Shown: piece after piece, positions 26,941-38,843 of the stretch
Numbering within the stretch: position 1 is the first letter of the stretch
How the letters are laid out: each line of letters opens with the position of its first letter
NCBI RefSeq assembly: GCF_026571515.1
Contig: NW_026858706.1
Location: forward strand, 1-64,000
DNA length: 64,000 bases
Reading direction: 5' to 3'
Source of the DNA: Ruditapes philippinarum
Taxonomy: Eukaryota
Translations under genes and position numbers: made by a program
Notes under the pieces: model-generated
What the model saw: only the letters and a program-made list of their open reading frames with translations
Databases searched by the model: none
What the model was told of the DNA's origin: nothing

Positions 26941-28243
26941 TTCCAACACTTCCAGTGTGATGCGATGTTTATTATACTGTACCGAGTAACAAATCAATGT
27001 TTAAGATAGTATCTCCGACATAATGCGCGTGAGGACCTATGAGTAAAAGTTAAATCTGTTTAGGTACTCGAAATATATCAAAGACAATTCCTGTCTATTA
27101 CAATGCTTAAATGATATGTTAAGTACAATTTACATACAAATGTCCTGAAACATATCTTAGGAGTTCACATAAAAGCATATAATGGTGCTGTTTTAGCTGA
27201 ATTGATATATTAAATGCATTATTAAACATATCTCTAGGTAGTGAACTTTTTTTAAAATGCTTATGCTGAATATGAAAGGTTGCACAATTGTAAAAAAGTG
27301 ACTTTCTTTGTGTATTCTTTATACTGAAAAATCATTGAAGTCAATATCGGATATAGTGATAGAATATGATTCTATTTTACAAAAGCAACTATTTAGTATT
27401 TTCAAAATTCATTTTATGAATAAATTAAAAAGTGCTGTGAAAAATAATGGCAACTACGTGCTTATGTACTGTTTAAAACAAAGTTCTTTTGAGAACATTT
27501 TTTATCATTCATCAAGGATAAAGATATTAGAACTTGTTGATATTTCTCACAAAAGTGAAGTGTATAACTCAAATAAAGGTGAAAACAAATGATCGAACTT
27601 CTTCATTTTGTAACTGCTGGTTTGCTTTTACTATTCAACGCAAGATTTTATATTATATAACTTATGAACTTTGCAAAACTGTCTGAGATAATCAAATTTA
27701 GTTCATGAGCAATTTATAAAATCAGAATAATAGAGAGAAAATGTACATAAATGTGACTCAAAGAATTCAGTATTCCTATTTTTGAGAGACATTAGTATTG
27801 TACGGTGAAGTCATTAATTTAAATTATTACCACCTGATGTATAGGTTGGTTATTTTTCTCTACAGTAGAATAAGCTACACTACAGATATAATCTTGTCTT
27901 TTTGTAAAGACATTTAAAGAGTGTTATTAAAAATATAATAAGATACAACAATACAATTATTGTGTATTCAAGTACCATTAAATGTTATGATGTTTAAAAG
28001 TTAAGCATGGGTAGCAAAATTTTGTTAATCTGTTATCTTGATATTTTCCAGTTCTTTTTGTTATTGCCTATAGGAATGAAGAATTCAATAGCTTATCTTA
28101 TTATTATCATGATTTATATGTCATTTAACATGACCTTTGATCGAAAATACAAGTTATTCTATTCTATTTTATCATCGAACCGAAATGTGATGTTGCCATG
28201 AGACATTACGAATTGTTACCCTCTGACGTACACCTGTGCTATA

Positions 28244-29144
28244 TGTCACGGTTCAGAATAGTTCACTATATAGGGGAGAAGATGTGTAAGCGGCCGGATA
28301 GCTCAGTCGGTAGAGCCGCGGTACGGTATTCCGAGGGTCCCGGGTTCGAGTCCCGGTCAGGCTGCACATTTTTCTCACCCTGTGACATATGGGGCCCAAC
28401 GTGGGGCCGTGACTGCCTCTAGCTCAGAGTTCAATTGGCATTGCTCTGTAGCTTAGTTAAATTCGAGGACGAATTTCAATATTTTCGTGAAGTATGTCAC
28501 GGCTCAGAACTGTTCACTACTAGTATATAGGGGAGAAAATGTGTAAGCGGCCGGATAGCTCTGTCGGTAGAGCCGCGATACGGTATTCCGAGGGTCCCGG
28601 GTTCGAGTCCCGGTCAGGCTGCACATTTTTCTCACCCTGTGACATTTGGCGCCCAACGTGGGGCCGTGACTGCCTCTAGCTCAGAGTTCAATTAGCATTG
28701 CTCTGTAGCTTTGTGAAATTCGAGGACGAATTTCAATATTGTTGTGAAGTATGATACGGCTCAGAACTGTTCACTACTAGTATATAGGGGAGAAAATGTG
28801 TAAACGGCAGGATAACTCAGTCGGTAGAGCCGCGGAACGGTATTCCGAAGGTCTCGGGTTCGAGTCCCGGTCAGGCTGCACATTTTTCTCACCCTGTGAC
28901 ATTTGGCGCCCAACGGGGGACCGTGACTGAATACAACTCAGAGTTTAATTCACATTGGTCTGTAACTCTGTAAAATTCGAGGACGAATTTCAATATAACA
29001 GGGGAGTATGTCACGGTTCAGAACAGTTCACTATATAGATGTGTAAGCGGCCGGATAGCTCAGTCGGTAGAGCCGCGGTACGGTATTCCGAGGGTCCCGA
29101 GTTCGATTCCCGGTCAGGCTGCACATTTTGCTCACCCTGTGACA
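28244..29144 (+). mobile_element. Tandem TRIM (non-autonomous LTR retroelement) with tRNA-derived LTRs: 4 LTRs and 3 internal domains
   Basis: LTRs TGTCAC...GTGACA at 28244-28387, 28495-28644, 28752-28901 and 29009-29144. Three internal segments of 107 bp each. PBS TGGCGCCCAACGTGGGGC (28647-28664) starts 2 nt after the LTR. PPT ACAGGGGAGTA precedes the last LTR. TSD TATA at 28240-28243 and 29145-29148. Confidence 0.93.
28292..28364 (+). ncRNA. tRNA-derived Pol III cassette inside LTR1, repeated in all four LTRs; not a canonical tRNA
   Basis: GGCCGGA TAGCTCAGTCGGTAGAGC ... GGGTC CCGGG TTCGAGT CCCGG TCAGGCT. D arm, T arm and A/B boxes are intact and a T5 run follows. The anticodon stem has two mispairs and a non-consensus loop (ACGGTAT). 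Confidence 0.75.
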
Positions 29145-29692
29145 TATATTAATGCAATTTATTCATAATAAGGCACCCTTTCTCTACTTAAATTAACCTA
29201 ATACGTCGAAACAAAATACCATATCATCACGAGAATGTCGAGATTATTTTCCTCACAATTTTGTCTCATTTGTATTTACTGTATATATGTTCCTCCATTA
29301 CTCATCTATTACCCTAATCACGACTGTGTTGTCTGTTTAATGCGAATGTGTGTATAACTAAATGTTCTCAAATAGCATTGTTTTAATAAAATTTTCGGGG
29401 ATTTAAAATCTAGTTCGTTGTAAAAAAAAAACTATAAACAAAAAAATAAAAAAGAAAAAAACGCCTTTTTCAGGTTTCGGAACACTCTACCACTACGTCA
29501 TTATGCTTAACGCAATAAAATGAGTGATTGATTAGGTGGTAAAAGATTGTACACTTTTATATATAAGAATTATCGACACCCTATTTGTCAATATTGATGT
29601 AAACAGATAATGAAAGGAATAGCGAATTCGAGCTGTATAATGTAAAAGTCATGTAAAAATAAGATGACTGCATTTTTTTTTAATTTCAGAAA

Positions 29693-32284
29693 ATGGCACT
29701 TCCAATTTTTGCTCAGTCGATCTCTATTTGTTTGTCAAATATACTTGGGAGTGTTGGTGTTAATGAGACGACGGTGACAAAACGAAGAGAGATGTATAAT
29801 CAAGCTGAAGTGATCAAGGAGATTGGTTTTAATCTGATGGCAAAATGTTGTGGTCATCTTGGGTTTGAGAATTCTAAGACATGTCATTTTGGGAGTAAAA
29901 TGGAAGGTTCGACAACCCTTGGTATGAAATCTGACATCGACCTCGTTTATTTTAGCCCTGTTACGTATGAAATAGTACAGTCGAATTGTGAGAAAAAATC
30001 AAGTGTTTTTACTTTAATGATGGACAATTCAGCACCAACCGGCCATTGTAAACTTGATGTGATATCTGGACCATCTTATGAAGGTCTTTATTACTACCTT
30101 CATAAGCACAATCAATTTATTCCAAACTCACATATTGATAAATATTGTCGAAGTTTGACTGATATGTACGGGTTATCGCCATTGACAAAGAAATGCCCTT
30201 CATCAAGTTACAACAATATTGATAATATCAAAGGGATCTTAGTACCACCTTATCTGTCCATGACAAATGGAATCATAAATCGATTTCGAACTTACCAATG
30301 GCCTACCAAACAACTTATTGTCAAAGTTAAAGAAGAAAATGGTCTTGTTGTACCCATTGGCCATCCGAAAAGTGAGAATGCTAATGTCGAATGGAGAGTA
30401 TCGTATTCCTTTGCTGAAAGGTTGTTGATATTTGATTTCAATATTACACAACTGAGATCTTTAGTTATTCTTAAAATGCTTAAGAAAACATTCTTTCAAC
30501 CAATCGCTGGCGATCAATTTACAAGTTATCATTGTAAAACCATATTGTTCTACACCATAGCAAGAACGTCGCCGTATCTATGGAGAGAGGATCGACTATT
30601 TGATTGCATATTGAATTGCTTATCTACTCTTCAACATTTTCTTTTTTCTCGTTATTGTCCACATTTCTTTGACCCTTCTGTGAATTTGTTTATTGGAAAG
30701 TTGACTCCGTTGCTATGCAGAAGTCTAGGTAACATTTTATATAAACTCATGAATGACCATCTTCTGAGTTTGCTTCAGATTCAAATCGATGATATAGGAC
30801 AAAGAATGCTCAATGTTTCCATAACCACAAGCTGCTTCAGATCACGTAAATCTATTGAAAAAAGAATGATTGCAGAAATTGTTTTTGATAGAAACAATTA
30901 TCTAATTGAACATTCCAGACACCCGTATGTATTGATGTTTCAAAAATCATTGAAGAAACAGATATATACGGGTTTTCGGCTGATCAATCAGTTGTTGCAT
31001 ATTATTGGCAATAGTAATAAAAAAGAGCAGTTTGTAGCTAGGTTGATGTTGCCGCATTTCATAGCAAAGCATTCCTCACTTCTTGCAGCGTATCGAATAA
31101 AGAAGAAACAACCATTATCAGATGAACTCATAGATCTGTTCAAAATAGGTTTTCAGACAGATGCCACATCAACAAGGTTGAAATTAGCATCCGTCCTGTG
31201 CTGCAATAACGAGTATGAAAAGTCTTTAAAGGTGTTAAATGAAATATGTAAAATATATGACACAAGCCCAATGCTTATACCGACATGTTTTACCTACATA
31301 TTACCATATACATCATTTTGGGAGGAGCGTTACAAAATTTTATCAGAGTTGCTTAGTGACGTATGCTGCAGAAATTCATACTCGTCCTGTGTTGAATTTA
31401 TGAGGAAAGACATTTGGTGTTGCCCGATTGGACTACGGAGGTCTGTTTTTACTTTCTTTACAGATGGCTCGCCCGATTTTGAAAATAACATGTTATTTCA
31501 TGATAAATTTGGAATTGAACTCGACTCGCCAATAATGTTTCATTATCTTAAATATTTAACATACTCTGGCTTGTCATGTAAGAAACACAAAATGTATGCT
31601 TTAAAACAGTTGATGCAAACCGTTGTTGGAAATTCAAAAACATTGAGCAAATATTTCTTTGAAATCGCTAACAGAAAGGATTTGGGAATAGTAAATATGT
31701 TTTGGAGGTGTATGCGTAAGGACTATGAGTTTAATGTCGAGTGTGACAATGCCCTTCCAAAGCTTCTAAACAATTTAAGAGATGACCCTTGGGGAGGCAT
31801 ACGACAATGTCTTATGTACGCATTTGGACAAATGTCACCTATACAACATCCAGAAATAGCTCTGATTCTTATTGGGTATTCTCTTGAACTAGAAAACAAA
31901 ATTGATTTTGCAAGTGCGTTCTACTGGATGTCATTTATCTTAGATCCTAACTGTGTTGCAAATCAGCATTTGTTAAGAGTTCGCCCCAGAAGAGATATTG
32001 ATGAATATCTTAAGGGTTATTGCATCGGAATATACTCACCACAGCTTGAGATGGATTTGATACCTGAAATTGTTGAAGCCTTTGTTAATATAATGAAGGC
32101 TAATATCTACTTGGGCCTCTTACAAGAAGATGATTTTCAAGAAAGTTCCTACGATGCACGAATTTATGTTTGCCTTCTTAACGCACATGTTAGAAAGTTT
32201 GATCAGAACAAAAGGAAACCACTTGAAGTGTTTCCCAGAGATCGTCAAATCGTACAGGCGAAACGGAGTAGACTCTTTTTATAA
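29693..32284 (+). CDS. cGAS-like receptor (Mab-21 nucleotidyltransferase) with C-terminal TPR-like region, 863 aa, single coding exon
   Basis: FGSKMEGSTTLGMKSDIDL (hGS...DhD catalytic motif) with a candidate third Asp in NNIDNIKG. Mab-21 motifs: VPIGHPKS...EWRVSYSFAERLL, TSYHCKTILF, CPHFFDPSVNLF. TPR-like helices RLKLASVL..NEYEKSL and ALILIGYSLELENKIDFASAFYWMSFILDP. A polypyrimidine-TTTCAG acceptor sits 3 nt before the ATG, implying an upstream UTR exon. Confidence 0.93.
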   Translation: MALPIFAQSISICLSNILGSVGVNETTVTKRREMYNQAEVIKEIGFNLMAKCCGHLGFENSKTCHFGSKMEGSTTLGMKSDIDLVYFSPVTYEIVQSNCEKKSSVFTLMMDNSAPTGHCKLDVISGPSYEGLYYYLHKHNQFIPNSHIDKYCRSLTDMYGLSPLTKKCPSSSYNNIDNIKGILVPPYLSMTNGIINRFRTYQWPTKQLIVKVKEENGLVVPIGHPKSENANVEWRVSYSFAERLLIFDFNITQLRSLVILKMLKKTFFQPIAGDQFTSYHCKTILFYTIARTSPYLWREDRLFDCILNCLSTLQHFLFSRYCPHFFDPSVNLFIGKLTPLLCRSLGNILYKLMNDHLLSLLQIQIDDIGQRMLNVSITTSCFRSRKSIEKRMIAEIVFDRNNYLIEHSRHPYVLMFQKSLKKQIYTGFRLINQLLHIIGNSNKKEQFVARLMLPHFIAKHSSLLAAYRIKKKQPLSDELIDLFKIGFQTDATSTRLKLASVLCCNNEYEKSLKVLNEICKIYDTSPMLIPTCFTYILPYTSFWEERYKILSELLSDVCCRNSYSSCVEFMRKDIWCCPIGLRRSVFTFFTDGSPDFENNMLFHDKFGIELDSPIMFHYLKYLTYSGLSCKKHKMYALKQLMQTVVGNSKTLSKYFFEIANRKDLGIVNMFWRCMRKDYEFNVECDNALPKLLNNLRDDPWGGIRQCLMYAFGQMSPIQHPEIALILIGYSLELENKIDFASAFYWMSFILDPNCVANQHLLRVRPRRDIDEYLKGYCIGIYSPQLEMDLIPEIVEAFVNIMKANIYLGLLQEDDFQESSYDARIYVCLLNAHVRKFDQNKRKPLEVFPRDRQIVQAKRSRLFL

Positions 32285-32884
32285 AGCACTATAAAGACTT
32301 TGCTTACAAATTGTACACATGTGCGCTTCATAGTAAAATAAAACGTTTTACAAGTTTTCTGCTATAACAGATAAATATTATTCTAAAGGACATTTTAGTT
32401 CGTAACAAAAAGATGGGAAGGAATGGATCCCGACATGACTAGGTATTTGAACTCGCGACTGCCCGATTATAAGGTTAAGTAACAACTCTTAGGGCATTTG
32501 AGCCTAAATAATCGCTTTCCTGACGAAATTATTGTACATATAAGTTGTCCTCAACCGTAACATAAAAAGATACTGATACACTACATGTACACATTATTTA
32601 AAGATGTAAAATTATATTTACCCAACATCATCTTCAAGAAAGGGCATTACAATAGAGTAAGGAAAAAGGGAATCCAAAACGACAAAATTGAAAATGTTGC
32701 AGACTTGGTTGAATTGAACCTGTTCGTGGACAATACAAACCATAACAGTAACAGCCTAGATTGATTGGATATGGTATATATAATGATACTTTTAAAAGCA
32801 AGAAGACTTTGACTTTATTCATATTTTAATCAGTTACGAACTACTGTAATTTTGATCGTTTATTCACTATACGTGAGTACCTGT

Positions 32885-32902
32885 GTGGGTGCGTGCGTGC
32901 GC

Positions 32903-32956
<54 letters not shown>

Positions 32957-32975
32957 GTGCGTGCGTGTGCGTGTC
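32885..32975. repeat. (GT)n/(GCGT)n microsatellite
   Basis: Seen directly. Confidence 0.95.
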
Positions 32976-33032
32976 TTCATACTTACAGTATATTTTAACT
33001 TTTTACTGGCTTATACTATAATGTTATGTTAA

Positions 33033-33410
33033 AGCGGCCATCAGCTTTTATTGTCTGTTGGAATTAAACAATTCCATATTGTTTCAAACTAAGAATTTCA
33101 GAAATCTTATCTTGTAAAAGTTACATCATTTCACTATTAAGACTTCCTCAGCGTCCCTAGAGATATTGATAACGCGTTAGTGACGCTCGTTTCTAAAAAT
33201 AGAAGATTGGAAACGAATCTTCCGCTTTACTAACTTAAATATAGAGAGCAGACCGGTAGATTAGATATATCAAGGAATTTCCATTACTGTTTATGTATTT
33301 TAACGTTGGCAAATTTCAATTTCCACATTATTTCTTTAAAATCTGACAATTATATGAAACAATTTATCTAAAGATAACATATTTAACCTTTGGAAAAGTT
33401 GAAGGCCACT
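33033..33410. mobile_element. MITE with TTAA TSD (Kolobok-like)
   Basis: TTAA|AGCGGCCATCAGCTTTT ... AAAAGTTGAAGGCCACT|TTAA. A second, diverged copy lies at ~5598-5900. Confidence 0.75.
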
Positions 33411-34329
33411 TTAATGCAACGTTAAAAACTGTTTAGTAATGTTTATATGATTTTCATGTTTTTACCTTTTCAAAGTAAAGTGATTCCTCTTACTTAATTG
33501 TTATTTATTGTTTAACTTATGTTTTTAAAATAGGCATTTTTACAAATGTCGATTTAGTTTAATTGGAAAAAAGTTTTAGTAATAAGACAAACGAAATCCA
33601 TAAATAACGCCCAAACCGCAAAATTGAACATGTATAAGACTTGATTTGAAGGTGTCTGCTCATGGGCTATAGTGGTAAATACCAATTTCGCTCACGTCCC
33701 CTAGAACCGGTTTAAGAATTTCAATATGTAAATAACTTCGTCGACGTCGCCAGTTTGAGCCAGGACTTAGTCTTTTGAAAACATTTTTGTAAAGCATGTG
33801 AGGGCTTCTGATTTTCCCAGCATTTTTCTACTACTAACAGGCGTTTAACTGTAATTCAAACTAACAGTTAAAAATTGACTTCACTTTTTTACAAAATTTA
33901 ACGACGGATCAGATAATCAATAACGCAGAACTCTATTGTTGAAGTTTTGTGCAGGGATTGAAAAGAACGAGGTTTATTGTCAACGTTAGTTAAATCGCCC
34001 ATGAGGATCAAAATTACACCAGCTACCTTATTTCAGGTTGAAGAAATTTAAAGCCATTTAGTTGTACTTCAACTAAGTATCCTTGTTAATGTCAGTACAA
34101 TGTTCTAAGTTACATCAGGAAATATTAAGATACCATGCGCAGTTATTCGGTTGTGACATACTAACAAAAATGGCCATACATGTTTAACAGTTGAACACTG
34201 CTTAAGTGGGAGCTAGGGGGCGTTGACGGTATCTTGCAATTATTTATCCCTACTGTCCATGAATAGGCTCAATCAAACCGGGCTTGCAACATTCTAAGGC
34301 TTGTCGTTTTGTCTATTTGGATTATGTTC

Positions 34330-35310
34330 CTCTCAAAACAATATCGGGTATAATGTTATGCACCTGGTCGTCCTTTTGTCCGTCTGTTATCCGGTCTCTA
34401 TCATTTGAACCGATGGAAGGAAATTAAAACTACATGTACTTGGCAGAAAATTTAATCATAATGTGCGGAGCGCAGGTTTTGGCATTTCTCAGGTCAAGAT
34501 CACACTTATACTTTTTTTCATGTGTCCGCTCTGTATCTTTTGAACCGATAGAAAAAAAATTTTAGCATCAATTTGAGGACTTAAAATAACTGGTATTTAT
34601 CATACTCCTTGGGTCAATATTGACCCTGTCCCCGTGGTCATTTAATTGCTATAGTTTTGTTTAGGAAAACACATTTAAGTTTTATAATTGGTGAAACTAA
34701 AAAAATCAAAGTGTAAAATCAAAATGTTTAGAAAATTGACATGTAGCATTGCCTTGTTGGTCTTTATAAATCTGGTATTAATCTTGCCACTTGGGTCAAT
34801 AATGGCCCGCCCCTTGGATCACTTAGTTGAATAAGTCTTGTATGGGAAAGTATATTCCAGTCTTATTTTGTGAAAATAAAGAGCTAAGATATTAAGCCAG
34901 TAGCATTACCTTGTTAACCATTGCTCTTGGGTCAATATTGGCCTGCGCCCGGGTCACTTAATTAAAATAACTTCTATAGGAAAACACATTTAAGTCTTAA
35001 TATGTGAAACTACAACAAACAAAGTCCAGAGCTTAGATATTTAGCATGTCGCATCAATTTGTAGATTTCTACTAAAGTTATAATAATTATAAAACTCAAG
35101 TGAAAATTAGCACTGACCTTGGAGACACTTGCCTTATGTAGACTAAGGTATAGGATAACCCATCTTATCTTTTTGTGAATAAAAACTATGCCTCTATATG
35201 TGGCATATAGGCTTGCCAAGTAGACCTCTATAACAGTTTTATGAATTATGCACTTTGGGTAAAAATGCCTCCACCTAGGTGATCATATAGTATCCTAAGG
35301 ATAATTTAGA
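34330..35310 (+). mobile_element. Degenerate Helentron-type non-autonomous element with ~160-bp internal repeats
   Basis: Recurrent cttgggtcaatattg..cc...ggtcactta...ggaaaacacatttaagtc...tgtgaaact units, similar to those at 62099-62980. Confidence 0.55.
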
Positions 35311-35979
35311 TAAAACATTTTTCAGACAAGTTTCTTGATTGTGTTTCTACTGTTTTACGACAGTTTAAGATAATGATTTTCAACAGATGGATCTCTATGG
35401 TCCAAGTACGACGTGTCCCTCGAGACTTCTCCAGAGGAAGCATCTTTTCAAACTTATTTTTTGTCAAATGACAATTAATGGTCATTTTACGAACTAGTAT
35501 AATCATCTGTTAAATTCATTAGAATATCTATAGCTAGCCATGGTTTAAGGACATAATTCTTTTACATTGTATTTAGAACCACTATAATTATGTTCCATAT
35601 GGTAAGCTGTACCAATTGATAAATTAATAAATTCCGGTTTTAAGAAATGCAGATAATCTAGGTAAAACATGTTGTGCGCGTTAAGTCAGAACTTGTTTTC
35701 TAATCCTTCTCAACATTTTTATTTAACCCTAAATTCATGTGTAGCCGGGGATAAATGAAGACAATCTAATTCATTCCTTTATTATCGGAGACATATAAAA
35801 CCGAGCCTACAAACAAAATATAATGGACAAATGATTGATTGTCATAACAATAGCATAACAAGAAAAATACATATCTTTATCAAATTTATCAATGGAAAAG
35901 AATAGGATATTACAGACAGATAATTTCTTACCAGGATCAGAATACAAGATCTTTCAATAAACGATGTTCTCAAGTTTAA

Positions 35980-36326
35980 AGCAGCACTCCTCCAGATTCA
36001 TCCTAATTTTCATGAAAATTTTGAAAATGTATTAAAGGTAAAATATTGTGAAATGAACAAAGAAATTACTTGACACATTACAATCGGCACTTAAAATCCA
36101 CGTAAAGTACCAAAAAGAGGTCAAAATATGCATAAATAGCCCCTACTGCGTTAGTAACGCAGTAGAAATATGGTGATAAATACTACAAAATACAGTCATT
36201 TATTGCACTTAACATATAAATTATCACTTGAATCTTTAATTTGTTTACTTTTCTCAAAGTTTTAGTATGGTTTTTCCAAGTTTAACTTTCTTGAAATATT
36301 TTGGGTCCATCTGGAGGCATGCAGCT
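35980..36326. mobile_element. MITE with TTAA TSD (Kolobok-like)
   Basis: TTAA|AGCAGCACTCCTCCAGAT ... ATCTGGAGGCATGCAGCT|TTAA. Partial copies lie at ~5510-5597 and ~20585-20755. Confidence 0.75.
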
Positions 36327-36370
36327 TTAATATAAAGTAACTAATTGTATCACACAACTATACTGTAAAG

Positions 36371-36709
36371 TATGTTGGCTGATTTTGTACGCTTTTGTGC
36401 GTCTCGTTGGCGCTAGCGACAACACGACAAAGCGCCAAACGGCGCGTTGTCGCGTTGTCGTCCTGTCTCTAGCGTGGCACGCAAAAGGGCGCGTTGTAGT
36501 GCGGTGTGTTGTCGCGATGTCACATTGTCGCTCGGTTCAAATTGAAGGATTGGCTTATAAGCCAAGCGATTGGGCGACATTGCGACAACGCGCCGCACGA
36601 CAACGCGCTAGAGACAGGACGACAAGACGACAGTGCGCCGTTTGGCGCTTTGTCGTGTTGTCGCTACCGCCAACTAGACGCACAAAAGCGTACCAAATCA
36701 GCCACCAAA
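36371..36709. mobile_element. Foldback MITE with TATGGTGGCTGATTT-type TIR and 6-bp TSD
   Basis: Long GC-rich inverted arms; flanks GTAAAG and GCAAAG. Confidence 0.85.
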
Positions 36710-37198
36710 GCAAAGCAAGTTATATCGGTAACTAAGTGGAACTGGCGAAGGGAAATATCTTACTAAAGCAAGATGTTTCGCGGGGATTTTAGGGTCAAGC
36801 ACGTGCAATATAAGTAAACACATTCATACAACATTTCAACTTACAGTGACCTCTCTTATGAAATAATATAAGTACAAATGTACAGTGAAAACACAACAGT
36901 TCGGATTCAACATTACACGTAGGATACAACTTACCAGTGATGAATAGAAAACGATACACAGGTTACACATGTTTATAGTCTGATACCAGTAAATATTTAA
37001 CACTTCTCTTAGTAATCTGTACTGATCAGGGGAAGTAACCGTTCCTGATACACTACACTTCACTTCTTGCAGCGGTTACTTCTCCTGATCAGTAATGAAG
37101 AACGTGTTTGTTACGTTGCACATACTTGTAAAATTCAAAAAGGTTTACCCATTCACTCAGTAATAGACAGAAAAGAATGAAAAACAACAGGTTAACAC

Positions 37199-37481
37199 TA
37201 TTGTGGCTTATTTGTGCCATTCGTGTTTTTGCCCCGCGCCCCCGCCATTCTAACTTGTTAATTCTCGACTTTTCGCTTGGCGGGGTCGCAGGACGAAAGC
37301 ACGCTAATTAGCCGGGGCGCGGGGCGACATTTTATTTATTAAACTTTGCCCCGCGCCCCCGCTAATTAGCCTAATAAGCGTGTTTTCGCTTCGTGACCCT
37401 CCATTTTAACTTGTTAATTCTCAAGTTTACGCTTTGCGGGGTCGTGGGGCAAAAACATGAATGACACAAATCAGCCACATA
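37199..37481. mobile_element. MITE with TATGGTGGCTGATTT-type TIR and 6-bp TSD
   Basis: TATTGTGGCTTATTTGTGCCATTCGTG ... CATGAATGACACAAATCAGCCACATA; flanks TAACAC and TAAAAC. A truncated copy lies at 58565-58665. Confidence 0.8.
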
Positions 37482-37589
37482 TAAAACAGCCATGGCGTTT
37501 CGTTATTGTGATTAATATACGTTGGCATGTCATTGCTATTTGATGAAGTTGAAAATTATTTAACTTTCAAAAAAAATTATCAAATATAT

Positions 37590-38730
37590 AAATATAAATG
37601 CATGACCTTGACCTTGAACCCAGTGATCTTAAATTCCATTCAATCTTAAAGGGCCAGTTGAGGTTTGTTTCTTTTAAATATGAAAAATTGGTAGAAATAA
37701 ATTCAAAGGCTGTATAAGAAAAAGGGTAACAAAAAAACTATTGTTAGAATATGTGACCTTGAACGTGTGACTACTCCCAACACTGGACCATCCAGTATGA
37801 AAAATGTCATCAATAGATAATGACTGTTAGAACAATAAATAAAAGCTTTTTTGACAAAAAGAACAAATCTATTTTAGCACTGGTGACCTTGACCAAACTG
37901 ACCCTAACTCAATCCAAAGGAAGAAGACCACGCAAGTTATAATCCTACCAAATATGAAAAACACCAGTCAATAAATAAAAGCTGTAATTTAAGCGAATGT
38001 TTAGAAATCTATTATTGGCACCAATGACCTTGACTCATTGACCCCTAACTCAATCTAAAGGAAGAATACCATATAAGTTATCATCCTACCAAACATGAAA
38101 AACATCAGTCAAAAAAGGGCTGTATATTTAACAAATGTTTGAAACCAATAATTGGCACTAACCACAAACTCAATCCAAAGGAAGAAGACCATGCAAATTA
38201 TCTTCCTGCCAAATATTAAAGACATCTGAAAATAAAGGCTGTATGGGAATAAGTGTAAAAAATCTAGTTTAAGCACTCGTAACCTTGACCTCACTCATCT
38301 CAGACTCCTTCCAGAGGTAGAAATCTTGTCAATTAATGTTCCAACCAACCATACATAAAAGACATTTGTCAAAAGAAAAAAATGTTGCACATGGCATTGG
38401 TGACCTTTATATTTACCCAAATGACCCCTGACTACAGCTAATGGATATGAACAACCTAGGAATGTCAGTATTAAACATTAAAAGACATCAACTTAAATTT
38501 ATGGTTGTATGAACAAAAATGTTTAATTTTATTTTTTACACCAGTTACCTTCACCTTGACCCCAGAGACCCTTACTCCACAAAAAGTTAGAGAATCATGA
38601 AAAGTATCTACCTGCCAAATATGGAAGATATCTTTAAATAAATGAGAAACTTGAGAAAAGTTCAACTTGCCGTTTTTGGTTGACCTCGTAAGGACAATCA
38701 GACGGACGGTTCAATTACTCTATGCTCGGG
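37590..38730 (-). mobile_element. Degenerate Helentron-type non-autonomous element with internal tandem repeats
   Basis: Repeated TGACCTTGAC...ACCC units (~130 bp) and a GACG microsatellite remnant at ~38700. Confidence 0.6.
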
Positions 38731-38843
38731 TGCATGTAAAATGTATACTCTAATACGATATACAACAAATGTATGAAACGTTGATAAAAAACACGGCTTT
38801 TGTAAATCCTTATGTTAATTTTTATTCTAAGAGGGGTAGATGG

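Noticed and set aside
28292-29125. Cluster of four tRNA genes, or a CRISPR-like repeat-spacer array
   Set aside because: The anticodon arm is mispaired, the 'spacers' are homologous to one another, and the LTR/PBS/PPT/TSD layout explains the structure.
29466-29480. ISRE-like TTTTTCAGGTTTCGG upstream of cGLR
   Set aside because: Non-canonical spacing; it could equally be a splice acceptor, and the TSS is unknown.
36385-36766. GC-rich ORFs here and at 38812-39090 and 44116-44524
   Set aside because: They lie within MITEs and show no protein motifs.
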